Origin: Atractiella rhizophila
Taxonomy: Eukaryota
Length of the DNA stretch: 63,632 bases
Reading direction: 5' to 3'
Assembly: GCA_021432655.1 (NCBI GenBank)
Contig: MU271448.1
Coordinates: 1 to 63,632 of the forward strand
Below, piece by piece: positions 1 to 12,864 of this stretch; position 1 is the first letter of the stretch; each line of letters opens with the position of its first letter. The notes below the pieces were generated by a model. That model searched no databases, was not told the origin of the DNA, and worked only from the letters and a program-made list of their open reading frames with translations. Position numbers and translations under genes: made by a program.

Positions 1-676
1 TTCAGACCTTTGCGGCCTTTGATGTGCTACATTCGATTTTGGGTCTCGTGTCAGTTTTCCTCCTGCTGTTGTTGTAGTGCGACTTATGTACGAGAATTCC
101 TTGGGCGAACTTTCAGCAAGAGCAGTCCCGCAACCACATTCTCCCAGGTCTTCTCCCGGTTCGTCGTCGTCTGGTACATTGCGGTCTTCTATCCATCTGT
201 TCGTTCTCCCTCATCTCTCCGTCCAACACCACTCACTCAGGGCTTCTGGTTGTGTCTGTGGCAATATAGGTCCCCAATACCCCCTTCTACGCATCCATGA
301 TCATCGCATGGAGCATCAGCGAGATCACGCGCTACGTGCACTACGTCCTACTGATATTAAAGACGAAATCTTCGCTCGTTGAATGGGCACGGTATTCCCT
401 CTTCTACGTGCTCTATCCAATTGGAGCTGGGTCTGAATGGGTTTTGATTTTCAAGTCATTGCCGTACGTTTCACCCATACTCTCCCTCCTATGCTGAACC
501 CTTCTTACAGTCTAGCGAAAGAGCGGTTTGGGATCGTTGGCTACATAGTCAATGTCGTCTTTCTGGTCATTTGGCCGCCTAGTTTGGCTTTCTTGATGTC
601 CCATCTTCATAGACAGAGGAGGAGGCATGTGAAAGGGAAGGGGAAGGCTGCGGAGACAAGTAAGAAAGAGCTGTAG
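1..676 (+). CDS. PHS1: Very-long-chain 3-hydroxyacyl-CoA dehydratase (PTPLA/Phs1 family), 5'-truncated by window edge, multi-exon
   Basis: Spliced translation (introns ~50-116, ~199-269, ~464-510) gives QTFAAFDVLHSILGLVKSSPATTFSQVFSR...AWSISEITRY...WARYSLFYVLYPIGAGSE...HLHRQRRR...KKEL*. This carries the PTPLA motifs WS.SE..RY and RY..F..LYP.G..SE. Confidence 0.9.
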
Positions 677-1159
677 AATGTTTAGGGAGTTGGTCTTGCT
701 TAAAGCTGCTAATGTGTATGTGGCTCAGAGAGAAATTCGGATTATAACTTGGTTACTTTGATGTTGTTTACCGCCACACCGGCGCCATCGACCCATCATC
801 CATCATGGCATTGGAATCTTGAGAGCTCATTCTCTTTCTAGCTCTTTTCAAAGATTTCAGTCTCCTTTGTCAACTAACGTGCCTGATACCACTTCCTTCT
901 CCCAACCGCCGCATCGCGTTTATCTCTCTTCATTATATCCTGAACTGTGGCTATACACGATGCCTACAAGCAATCGTTTGCATGAGTTTCTACTGACCAT
1001 GTTATGTTGATGAGAGTGACTCTTTCGGCTATCCGATTTCGGGTTGCACGTCACTCAATCCAATCAATCGAACAACGACGACACGACTTTGCCCTTCTCC
1101 TCAGCCACATCTCTCCTTCCAAAGCACATCTTCATCGTATTTCGCATACATCTGGCGCC

Positions 1160-1960
1160 ATGGTTAAGATTCTCTCTATCCAGCTCTACAAAGCCCCTGC
1201 AGGCAGTGGACAAGCAACCCAACTATGCAGTGTGAACGATCTCTCCAATTTTTCCTTCTACCAGAAGCCTGCGTGCGTATCCCACTCTTTCTCGTTCTCA
1301 TCAACTGGCATAAGGGCGAGTGTTGACTCTGACTGTGTTGGTGGCGTAAAGCATCGGTGAATTCCTCACCTTCCTCTCCACAACCGTTGCTTCCCGCACT
1401 CCCACCGGCTCGCGCCAGAGCGTCGAAAAGGATGCATACACGGCTCACGTGTACCACCACAGCTCGGGTATCATAGGCATCATCGTCTCTGACGCGGAGT
1501 ATCCGCCCCGTGTGGCGTTCTCCCTGCTCTCCAAGATCCTAGAGGAGTTCTCGCTGAAGTTTTCAAAGACGGATATCGATGGTGGCAAGCTGAATTACCC
1601 GGAATTGAACGATTATATCGTCAAGTATCAGGACCCGAAGCAGGCGGATACTATCTTGAAGGTGCAACAGGAACTGGATGAGACAAAGGTTATCTTGGTG
1701 CGTCTTTCATCTACTGAGTTACTTCAATCTCCCTGCTTACTGGGATCCTGGGATCCACGGAACAGCACAAGACGATCGAACAAGTGCTCGAGCGCGGAGA
1801 GAAGCTCGATGACCTGGTAGAGCGCTCCAACAACCTGAGCAACACGAGCAAGATGTTCTACAAGAGTGCTAAGAAGCAGAATTCCTGCGTATGTCTGCAT
1901 CATCTATTTATTTGTCAAACGGCATTGGCATTGACGTCGGTATAGTGCGTTATCGCCTAA
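1160..1960 (+). CDS. YKT6: Prenylated longin R-SNARE Ykt6, multi-exon
   Basis: [11 protein letters not shown]...[10 protein letters not shown]...[11 protein letters not shown]...[46 protein letters not shown]...[18 protein letters not shown], ending in a CCaaX prenylation motif. Three GT-AG introns. Confidence 0.95.
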
Positions 1961-4133
1961 TAAAGCATTGAACGGTCCACCGGACGAAACAGATCGCAGA
2001 GACGAGAGGTTGTACCATATTCCTTCATTGCGTGGTTTGGGACTCGGTTACTATTCTAGAGGCTGGGTGGGAGATACCTTAATACGATCAAGTTCGCTTG
2101 TAATGTGGAGAAAGATTGAGGGATTGAATGAATGGTAGATGCTCGAAAGGTCTGAATGGTTTGGGTGGCGGGGGACCCAGTTGTGAGTCGTTCGCATTTG
2201 AGATCACCCTGGAATGGGAGCGAGAGTGGATACAGCGGTGTCGCAGCATGAGAGCGTGTCTTAGCCTGGTGTTGGCGTTGTGGCATCCACCAGCACAGAG
2301 CTGACCGCGCAGGCGACCAAGTGAGACCTTGCTGGCTAAAAAACATCGATCTGAGCATAAATCTCTTTGGAGAGTCCGCTGAGAAGCCATTTAAACTTGA
2401 AGTGTTTGGATTCATCAGGCTGCCGTGAATTCCGGCAGAAGAACTACGCCTTCATCAAGAAAGCGCTGATTGAAAAGCTCTCAATGAATGGCGCTTTCGA
2501 GATATTCATTTGTGTGAATTGCAATGTGTAGCTCATGTTCAGGAGGGCATTTCAAAATTTCTATCTGTCGAACATAGCATGTGCGACTGTCGAATTGGCG
2601 AGTCATTATCTGCATCTACAGCCAGCCGCGCTAGATTTATAGATTTGTTGCATGTAACAGCACATCCCTGCGATGGGCAATGGATACATAAAATTCCCTA
2701 CTAACTCAGTCGGAGAACGAAGAAGCCTGTTCTGTCTTCAAACTGGGACGAGTGAACAGTTCGGAAGTGGCAACATTTCTCATTGGGTTGGTGGACGAGA
2801 CACTAGTCGCTCACATCCAATTGCCTCAGCATGGCATAGTAACGCGACTCTTCCTTTTGCTGCACTGTATATTTGCCCTTCCCAAACTTTAAAGCTTTAA
2901 CTCTTAGGCGGTCGCTTTCCTCGCGGGAACAGACTCAGAAGGGACAAGGATATAGGCTGCACTGTTGAGATACCGATGGCCAGCATCGACGGATTGTTGT
3001 ACGCCGTGGCGGGCGATTTTCGATATGCTGTCGAATCCTTTGGCCGATCGGCGTGATGTAAATAGGAGAAGCGTGGTTAGACAGGGGCTCACCCCTGTAC
3101 ACTGTTACATGTTCAACAGGGTACATAGTAAGAAAGGGAAAAGGTTCAAGTTTAAACATCATGATATTGAGTGTCGATACGAAATAATGACTGTTAGTGG
3201 ACTGGGAGCATTGATTCGTCTACAAGATGACATCGCCTACTGTGTTCTGTTCCCTTCCCTCCTCTCTTGTGCGACATTCGTACTCAACAGCAACGAAGAG
3301 TAGCACCTATTCACTCCAGTTCAACCTTTTTCCAGGCGTGGCGTGGTTACGTAGCCTCCTCAGCCTGAGGACTACTACTATCGTTGGTACATGAATATCG
3401 ATGAAGCTGGAGTCTGAGCCAATCTCCTCGACTGTCCAATCATGTCGTTGGTGCCAGCACGTCATCTTCTTGTTCCCAACAAGTCTGGTATATTTCGAGA
3501 ACTTGAAAGAACCGACCCGTACAACGGGATCTCCTAGTGGCAACATTCTCTCTTCGCCAACTAGAACGGGAAGTCGAAGGAGAAGGAGAAAACAGGAAAA
3601 GCGAAGACCGTCCGCCTTCTGCCCTCCGCCCTGATCCGATTTCGTGAATGAGTTGAAGCGATGAGTAAGTGGGTAAACCGAGGTCGATCCACCTTGTCAC
3701 CTTGACCCTTCACTCGATCCCATTAGTACAACGATGGTATTGTTGTTCCCAGGAGCTAATAGATGGACAAAGTAGAATAGCCCGGCCCAGACCTTTTGCA
3801 CGCCGAGTTGGGGTATTATAAACAGGAAGCAGGCCGCGAGGAGGCCGAACGTTCCCTGCTATTTGAACGACGACTTGTCGTGGATGATGAGATGTTAGAG
3901 CTTTGGAGGGAAGAGCAGGAGAGGATTGAGAATACGCTCGTGTTTTTGAAGAGGAAGCTGACGAGGAATCGACAGCGACAAGCCAATACTGGTAAGACAG
4001 TGGTCGTTGTTTCTCAGAAGGTGATCGGTGTGTACTCCCGAGATCGGCGTTTATTCTCACCCTTTTCCTGACCATCACTTCATCTCTTCTACTTCCTTTC
4101 TACTTGCCACCAGTTACAACTAGTGATACTGAC

Positions 4134-5099
4134 ATGCCTTCTCTGCCTCTCCCCAACCTGCGCTTCTCGCTCTCCAACCTCCCTCCGTCCGCTAACTCCT
4201 CATCCGCCGCACTAGACAAGGATAGGGATAACACTCCAGCAGCATCGACATCATCCCACCCCTTCTCACCCTCCAGCGATAAAGGCAAGGAGAAGGATCA
4301 CAGGGATAAGGATAAGGATAAAGGCAAGGAGAAGGAGCGACGCAAACTCCGAAAATCCCAACGAACATCCACATCCTCCAACCCCTTCCACTCCCACTCC
4401 CACCCGTCCTCCTCCGCCTCCTCCTCCGAAGACGCCCCTCCACCAGCCACCAGCACCAACGCCGTCCACGCCCGACGTCCGTCCAAAGACCGATCGCGAG
4501 AAGACACCATCCGCGCCTCCGCCCCCCCGTACGCCTCCGATCCCGCAGGCTACTCGCCCAGCAGACAAGACACCATCCGACCCCTCCCCCCTCCCTCTCC
4601 CTTACACTCTTCCCCCGCGACCGCGAAAGGCAAACTGCGCCCTCCCAGTCCTTTTCATTCTTCTCCCGCACCTAGTTCGACCACTTTGAGACCCGGATCG
4701 GCGATGGCGATGCAGGTGGTCGATGAGAGAGAGGGCGGGAAGACGCCGAAGGTTCGAGCGGTCACTTTGGAGCCTGAGCGGGCTTCGGGAAGTGGATTGA
4801 CGAGTGGGTTCGGAGCCGGATTTGGAGATGCGGAGGGAAGAGGGGCGAGGAGAGGACATAGTATGAGCGCCTGGACGGGCAGTAAGAGTCAGGCGTACGT
4901 TGAAAAGCTCATGGGAGACCTGGGAGCGTTGGATTTGAAGGGAACGACGGCGATGAGTGTCGGTGGTGGCAATCAGATGGTCGTTCAGTGCGTATCCCTT
5001 CCTTTTTCATCCATTTGTTCGTTGGGATGGTGTGAATGTGTTCGATGGCGAGAGAGATTTATTGGGACACCGTTGTGCAACGGAATCATCCCGTCGTAG
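4134..5099 (+). CDS. Hypothetical Ser/Pro/Lys-rich disordered protein; may be a separate gene or a remote 5' exon of ATG26
   Basis: ~320-codon ORF (MPSLPLPNLRFSLS...) with coding-like composition and a likely GTGCGT donor at 4988. The downstream exon is unresolved, because this donor's phase does not match the AG at 5953. Confidence 0.5.
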   Translation: MPSLPLPNLRFSLSNLPPSANSSSAALDKDRDNTPAASTSSHPFSPSSDKGKEKDHRDKDKDKGKEKERRKLRKSQRTSTSSNPFHSHSHPSSSASSSEDAPPPATSTNAVHARRPSKDRSREDTIRASAPPYASDPAGYSPSRQDTIRPLPPPSPLHSSPATAKGKLRPPSPFHSSPAPSSTTLRPGSAMAMQVVDEREGGKTPKVRAVTLEPERASGSGLTSGFGAGFGDAEGRGARRGHSMSAWTGSKSQAYVEKLMGDLGALDLKGTTAMSVGGGNQMVVQCVSLPFSSICSLGWCECVRWRERFIGTPLCNGIIPS

Positions 5100-5970
5100 A
5101 CAGTTGTCCCCTTATGAGATGGGATCGCTCGTCTCCATTTTACGTGATATCATCCGCGTAAAACAAGATGCGTTGTGCTCCATCCCAGCTGAATTTATGG
5201 ATATCCACCTGTGATGGAACGTAATGTTCTCCGAGCTGGATTCATGAGCCGTCAATCCTTCGATTCCTTTCGATGATTTGGATCCTTTTCGCGAAAAGCG
5301 CCGCAAAGCGTATCTTATCCATTTCCTCTGAGGAGCTGATAAGAGTCTCCCTGCTTCGATGTGGAGGTTGCGGTTCTGAGGAGACTTTCGCGAGTCTGAG
5401 AACAAGTGGACGCTCACCTTTTTGCATCCCTTCTTGTTGCTGCTGCTGCAATGAGGGAGGTGAACGAATAGAGTAAGGGATGTCCCAATAGCGTTACCAG
5501 AGTAACGAGTCTTGAGATTCATTATGCTTTTTCATGTTCACGTTCTTGCGACTGTTGACGTCATTTGTTCGATGGGATGGGAGAGGGAACCAGTGGGTGG
5601 GAGAGCTAGAGTTATCTATTCCTATGCCTTACCATGAGAAACTGAATAGGGGAAAGAGAACCTGGCGTTGGCGGATTGAAAACATGACAATGGTCTTCAT
5701 CCCAGCTGAAGTCGATCGAGAGTATAGTCCATGTCCCTCCTTCCTCATTGCACCAGCTTTTGCGTGTGCTCTACTGCACCGTAATTGCAGGAAAAGCAGG
5801 GTTCGTGAAGTCTCTGGCATGCATTAGGGCGGCGTGTTTGTTCCCGCTTGCATCCTTGCATGACTTGTGCGGACGCTATGACTCCGCCACTGTGTGCCGA
5901 CGACGTACACAGGCTGTAAGCCCGTCTTATGAGTTGTTGGGGTTGGAAAACAGGTTTTAAACACAACGCC

Positions 5971-8900
5971 ATGAATTCTGTTGAACTCGTCTTTCCGTAT
6001 TCGTTCTCTCGATCCACCATGATGGGTGATGCTGACTTGCCCGCTAACTTGTGCAGGATGCTCAATGCGATGAGCTCGACGCCAATGAGCGATGAGGAGG
6101 AGGATGAAGAGGAGGCTAAAGAACGCGAGGGAGAGATTCACGAAGATGAGAGCGGAACAGAAACCGAGGGAGACATGGGTATGCTCATCACTTTTCGATG
6201 TTGCCCTTGAGCTAACGATTTCATCAGAACCCGAAGAGAAACCAGCGGTGCTCTCTTCGATCCACGCCATCCACAAACCGATCCGCCATCAAAAAGTCCT
6301 CGAACATCTCCCTCCCCTCCCCGGCTCTCCATCAGCATCAGGGGTGATATCACCCGTCGAAGAATACCCGCCATCGTCATCCGACGCCTCCTCGGAAGGT
6401 GAAGGCTCCGCCCCCATCACTCAATCCCTCGGAGCGCGCAAATCCTCCACCCTTTCTGCCCGGGTCGTACGACGATCCCGGCTCGCTGGCAAGTTGCAGG
6501 AAGTGTTTCAGCTCCCGGAGGCAGAGGAGGTTCTGGCTGAGTTTCCCGCTTGGCTGTTCAGGAGCATTCTCCTACAGGGTTACATGTATTTGACCACTGG
6601 TCATGTGTGCTTCTATGCGTATATGAACCCACCGAAGGAGGGAGAAGTCGTGCGCAGTGGAACGTTGGGGAAGAAGGGGAGAGGGAGGAAGTATTATCGG
6701 TATTGGTTCGTGTTGAAGGATCACGTCCTTAGTTGGTACAGCAATTCGACGGAGATTTATTTCCCCGATGGAGATATCGATTTGCGTTATTGTAACGCTG
6801 TCGAACCTTCTCGTAACCTTTCTCTCTGAACTGAATACTCAAATGCTGACAAGAAAATAGAAACCCACCCACATCACTTCAAGGTCCACGTAGGCTCGAA
6901 AATATATCATTTTTCGACTTCATCTCCAACCTCTCGTGCCGAATGGATTAAGTCTATCAAGAAAGTCATCTTCCGTGCTCAGAACTCAGGCGAATCGGTC
7001 AAGATTTCCATACCCCTCGAAGCAGTCGTAGACGTGGACGTCGCGGTGGCTGTCGTTGGCACAGAAGCGATGCGGATAAGGGTGTACGATGTAGAGGAAG
7101 GGTGGAGCTTGGACGACTACTTCTTCGCATACATCGACGACATCGAAGAGAAAGTTGACATGATCAAGAATGCCGTCGATGTCTTTCGGAAGCGACATCC
7201 GGAGCTTGCGTCTGGAGGGAAGGAGAAGAGTGGAGTGGAGGATTCGACCGGCTTGCACGTCCTCGTTCCTAAATCTAGTCCTCCCAACCTCGAAGGGAGA
7301 CCGATAGAACATACCAAGACTGACCCTGGAGCTGGAACCACAGTCCTGGGCAGTTTGGGAGCCAAACTCAACCCGTTTTCGTTCACGTCCAAGAATCAAG
7401 TTTCTTCTCCCACCAGCGAGCATCCACCACCCTTAATCAGAAATATTTCTGAAGGCGACCGCGTCGTTACCACGAGGAGGCAAGATAGCATACGAAAGTC
7501 TTTGAAGAAGGGAAGCTCTTCCGAATCAGACCATACCTATCCTCCCGCGACGCCTCCTCACGCCAACACTATGCAGAGCTCTTCGACCCATTCTTCAGGA
7601 AGCAGCTGGGTCCCTAATGTGAAGGGTTGGATGCCTCGCGGCCTCATCGGTCGCAAAGTGACCCAGACTGTCTCCAGTCCTACGAGCCCGCCCAGGAGCA
7701 AGACTGCACCCGTCGTGACGCCTCAGGGACCAGGTGCTTTGGAAGCGAGCTATGCCTTTTTGGAACGGGAGGATGAAGGAGAGGAGAAAGAAGAAGAGGG
7801 AAGGATATTGAGAGAGCGTTTTAAGACTTATTTCGCTCTACCGGATCGCGACACTGCCATCTCTCGTCAGTTCACTCTCCCATGCTGAATTTACCTGCTG
7901 ACGCGATACTCAGAATGGCCCGCTTACTTGTTTCGTGGCCTACCGATTATCGGAAAGATGTACCTCAGCACTCTCTCGCTCTGCTTCAGGAGCACTAGCA
8001 TTCTGGCCAGCACCAAGGTACGTTGATTCAGGTGCTGTAACACGAATGTGCCATATTAAAAGAAACATAGATGGTTCTTCCCCTAAAGGACGTCATTTCC
8101 GTACAGAAGCATCGTGCGCTTCGACCAGGCCTATTTGGTCTTGTCGTTGTCATAAAGGGCCATGAAGAGATCTTCTTCGAGATGACCGGTGCAGAGCGAC
8201 GGGATTCAGTCATGGCTGCCATCCAACATAGGATCGACTTAGTACAGAAAGAACTTGCCCACGCTCCGGAACGCGAAGAATCACTGTCGAAGAAAGAGGC
8301 GGAGATGTTGGTTCAACTCGAATCAACTAATTCAGAATTGTTCACTTCGTCTCGTCCGCCACCAGAGAACCAGAGCGAGACTGTTCCCCCAGTCATGTTC
8401 CGTTCGACCTCTTCTTCTTTTGTCACCTTCCGGCCAGAAAAGTCACTCAAGTTTACATGTCTGACGATCGGGTCGAGGGGCGACGTCCAGCCTTACATTG
8501 CCCTTGCAAAGGGGTTAATTGCCGAAGGGCATCAAGTGAGAATTGCGAGTCATGGCGAGTATAGGGAGTGGGTAGAAGGTCATGGAATCGAGTTCAGAGA
8601 GTGTGGCGGCGATCCTGCGGAGCTGATGAAACTGTCAGTAGATAACGGCATGTTTTCAGTCTCCTTCTTGAGAGAGGGTATCGCGAAGGTTCGTCGGTCC
8701 CTCATCATATTTGTCCTTTGCACTAACCATAATTATTTGCAACAACAGTTCAGAGGTTGGCTCGACGAACTCCTTGTCTCAACCTGGGAAGCATGCCAAG
8801 GAACTGAAGTATTGATCGAGTCCCCGTCGACGATGGCTGGCATCCATATCTCGGAAGCTTTGCAGATCCCCTACTTCCGTGCTTTCACTATGCCGTGGAC

Positions 8901-10426
8901 ACGTACTCGAGCCTACCCTCACGCTTTCGCTGTACCCGATCACAAAATGGGAGGAAGCTACAATTATATGACCTACACCCTCATTGATACAGTGTTTTGG
9001 AAAGCGACAGCTGGTCAGGTCAATCGATGGCGGAGGAAAACGCTTGGACTGGGTCCTACGAATATGGAGAAAATGGCGCAAGATAAAGTGCCTTTCCTCT
9101 ACAACTTTTCGACCGCCTTGGTCGTACGTCTTCCCCTTGATTCTCCATGCCTCATACTGACTCACGGGCCGTGGTAGCCTCCACCATTGGACTGGCACGA
9201 ATGGGTGCATGTAACTGGTTATTGGAACTTGTCGAATCCCGACGACTCGAAGACCCACAAGTGGACTCCGCCAGACACTCTAGTAGCCTTCCTCTCTCGC
9301 GCTGAACAAGAGAACAAGAAGGTGGTCTACATTGGCTTTGGATCTATCGTCGTCCAAGATCCTGTTGCGCTCACGAATTCTATTGTCGAAGGTGTTTCAA
9401 AAGCAGGTGTGATGGCCATCGTCTCGAAAGGCTGGAGCGATCGGATGTTGAAGACCGACACGGTCGAAGCGTTGGAAGAGAGCAAGATTCAAGAGGAAAA
9501 GGAAAAGAATATCCTGGACGAGAATCCTAACATATACAACGTCAAGTCCATTCCTCACGATTGGCTCTTCCCAAGGATTCATGCTGCTGTTCATCATGGA
9601 GGAGCTGGCACGACTGGCGCATCGCTGAGGAATGGACTGCCCACGATCATCCGGCCGTTCTTCGGGGACCAGGTTTGTCTCATATTCTTGTTTTCGAACC
9701 ATCATATGCTGAGACGCAAGATAGTTCTTCTGGGCTGATAGAGTCGAGAGCATGGGTATTGGACTCGGAATCAAGAAAGTGACTGTAGACAATCTGGTTC
9801 ACGCTTTAAAGATAGCTACAACTGATGAACGAATGATTGGACGCGCGAAATCAGTGGGAGAGCAATTGCGTGCTGTTCGTCTCACCCTCCTTCACTTCTA
9901 TATCTCGGAACAGCACTGATGGCAAAAACAGGAGGATGGAGTCGCAACCGCAATAGAGACTATCTATCGAGACCTGCCATATGCCACAAACCTAGTACAA
10001 AAGAAGGTGGCCCAACCTCCGTCATCAACTACACCAGCCCTGCCTTCGCTCAAAAAGTCCCCTACTCCCGCCACTAACACCGTCAAAGACCACTGCGGAC
10101 CTATAAGAAGCGTCTCTATGTTCGGCCGGAAGACAGCATCCGGCACTGGAGAATCGACTCCCAATTCGGGTTCCCAAATTCAGACCCCTCCAGCCTCTGC
10201 GCCTCTGCCGTATAGGAGTCCATCGAATTCAATAACGAGCGATGCTGAGAGTTGGGATCTGATGAGTCGGACAGGAGAGAGTGCGGAGAGCAGCCCAGAG
10301 AGAAGCGAGGATGACGAGGGGAGAGAGAAGGAGAAGGAGAAGGAAGAGAAGAGGAAGAAGAGATTCTCACTTGATATTAGAGTAGGCATGGGAATGGGAA
10401 TGAGTCGGAAGACAGACAAGGCATAG
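5971..10426 (+). CDS. ATG26: Sterol 3-beta-glucosyltransferase (GRAM-PH-GRAM plus GT-B catalytic domains), ~9 exons; alternative start at 6019
   Basis: GRAM ([27 protein letters not shown]), PH ([16 protein letters not shown]...[11 protein letters not shown]), a second [69 protein letters not shown] and PFFGDQ. Confidence 0.95.
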
Positions 10427-10969
10427 ATTTTCCTTTCATAATCGGTTTCTTTGGAGTACGACCGTTCGATTGCCCATCGACAGAGTCCTTTTACAGCGTG
10501 ATATATATTTACTTTTCTTTCTCTCTCTTACGACAACCATACTCATTTCTTTCATCTGGTCCAAAGGTGCCAAGTGAATACCTTCCTCACTTGTTTTATT
10601 TCAGTTCATTCCTCGATATTCAGGTCCACAGGTATATAGACTGTGTACAAATAGTGCAATTCGGCTCATCCATTCATCTCACTTCTTTGCTACGAAACGA
10701 ACTTGAAAGTGAGCGGTTCCAGCTTGGATTGATTGACTGAGGCCAGAAAGAGGCTGCCCACAGCTTGAGGGCAGAGATTGTTAATGATGGTTGACTATAC
10801 TGGTTATTTCTGTGAGGTTTAGCTAAAAACGTGTCGTCAATTGTTTGTTGAATCTGAGGGTCGTAAAATGACGTCGATTCTGGAACTGCCTGTCATTCTC
10901 AAATGTAACTTTGATGTATGCACAAGGCGGGACCAGGCGGGACTGAACCTCGAAGGCAGCGCAGGAGAG

Positions 10970-10976
10970 TATAAAA
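10970..10976 (+). promoter_or_regulatory. Putative TATA box of the DM9-repeat gene
   Basis: TATAAAA ~90 bp upstream of ATG 11064, preceded by the direct repeat AGGCGGGAC x2 (10925-10943). Confidence 0.5.
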
Positions 10977-11063
10977 GCTGTCCTCTCCTCCTTCCCCTTC
11001 CCCAAGACTCGACACTCGAACGAAACTAAGACACTTCACTTCCTCTGAGCAGAATAGCAAACC

Positions 11064-11723
11064 ATGTCTTACCAGTGGGTATCGCAGCACTCTGGCCAGG
11101 AAGTAGGCTTTCATCTCTCCTGACCTCCCTTCAGTCTTTCGCTGATCCATCGTTTACTTGTAGATCCCACAAAACGCCATCAAAGGCGGTCATGAAGCAG
11201 ATGGAAAAGTTTTTTACATCGCGAGAACCCATCACGACGGGTCCGTGCAGCTAGGCAAAGTGGGAGAGACGACTGGCAGAGGAATTCTGTTTCCCTACGG
11301 AGGGAAGGAGGAATACAGCGGGAACTACGAGGTCACCAGTTTCCTTCTCCCCTTCCTCCTCCTCAGAAAGATGCTGAATCGGAGCGTTAATGTTCGAACA
11401 GATTCTCACTGGAGATATGAACACCTTGAAATGGATTGATTGGCAGGACCAAGTCAACGAACCAGGACAAGGATGGTTCGTTGGTTCTCTAGCTTCTGTG
11501 TTGTCTTTCGTTGAAGGATGATTTAATGATGCCGCTCCTTGTGAAAAGGAATCCAGTGGAAGGAGGCAAAGATAAGGACGGTAGCCAGCTCTTTGTCGCC
11601 GTCGCCTCCCATGAGGGCTGCGAGATTCCAGGAAAGACGGGAATGCGCCTGCCTAAAGTTTGTTTTGGTTACGGGGGGAAGGAACATGAGGCGAAGAACT
11701 ATAAAGTGCTCGCCGTAAAGTGA
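11064..11723 (+). CDS. DM9-repeat (DUF3421) protein, two repeats, no signal peptide, 4 exons
   Basis: Spliced: MSYQWVSQHSGQE|IPQNAIKGGHEADGKVFYIARTHHDGSVQLGKV...FPYGGKEEYSGNYE|ILTG...LKWIDW...NPVEGGKDKDGSQLFVAVASHEGCEIPGKTG...FGYGGKEHEAKNYKVLAVK*. This matches the DM9 pattern W..P..A..GG..DG..(Y/F)(I/V)A...PGK...YGG.E..Y(E/K)VL twice. Confidence 0.85.
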
Positions 11724-12864
11724 AAGGCGAAATTGTCATGAAACAATGGACTGGGCAAATGAATCAATCTGTCAATGCATGCAATGTAACAATGCAATGT
11801 AACCACCAAATGTTTCAATACTCATCCTGTTTCTCAGTGTAGACTGCAAAATTCTTCCAGCCGCCGAACACGGGAAGTAGTATCCAGACGCCAAAGCATG
11901 GTACAGCGAGGAGACGGAAAAGCAGAGTAATCACGAAAATCGTGCACAAGGGCTGGGATACGATAACGATTCGATCTTGCCTCCAGTGTGGAACTCAAGT
12001 AGAAAGAAAGCCAACGCATGAAAGCTTTGCGCGACCGATAATAATGAGTGCATCTTGCTTTTACCCATTGATGCAGCTTAGCTGTATTCTTTCACGGTAT
12101 CATTGAATTGAGGATAAAATGTAAACTTTGTAAAAGACATTGTAGCAATATCGAGCATCAAGGTTTTTCATTTAGCCCTCCCTGCGCGAATGATCCTCAA
12201 GCGCAGTGGTCGCAGTTATTGACATCTGGGTCTTCAACAGCATGTCACGTCACAATCAAACACATCAGAAGGGGAAAACAAGGGCAACGTACTGCAAGGG
12301 CAGCGAGGCTGATTTGAAAAAGAAAATATATCAGCCCGACAAAAGTGAAGAAAGACGAAGTCTCACGAGGCGCTTTTCCATTGCCTGTTCCGTCGTCGCT
12401 CCAAACACTGCTCCGAAGAGAAGGAAGATGGAGGCCACTCTGATGATGGAGAAGTTCATACCTTAGAGGTAAACTAAGTATGAGCAGTTGTATCTTCATT
12501 TGAGAAATACCCACTGCTCTAGGAAACAAAAAATTTTGCTTGTTTCGCAGACGTGGTCCGTCTCTGGAAAGGCGCTCATTTTATGAGTCGGCCTCCTCCC
12601 GACGAAAAGACAGAGCAGTTACGAACAGAAGAATGAGACAATGTGAGACCAAGAAAGCGCCTTGGATATTGAACTTGGCTTCACATTAAAGGTTGCAATT
12701 TTCTCCCGACTTTTGGTGGAGATTTCATATAGATGTACACGAACAGCAAGATCACGAATCTGTACCGCCAAGGGTAGTGGGAGGAAAGACAAAGCACGAG
12801 TACGAGAGTCTAAGTATTAATAACACATCCGGGTCTAGATCTTGGACAGGAGTGAAGTTTTGAG

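Noticed and set aside
3550..4071. Short coiled-coil-like ORF (HAELGYYKQEAGREEAER...)
   Set aside because: No convincing start or exon chain and no recognisable family.
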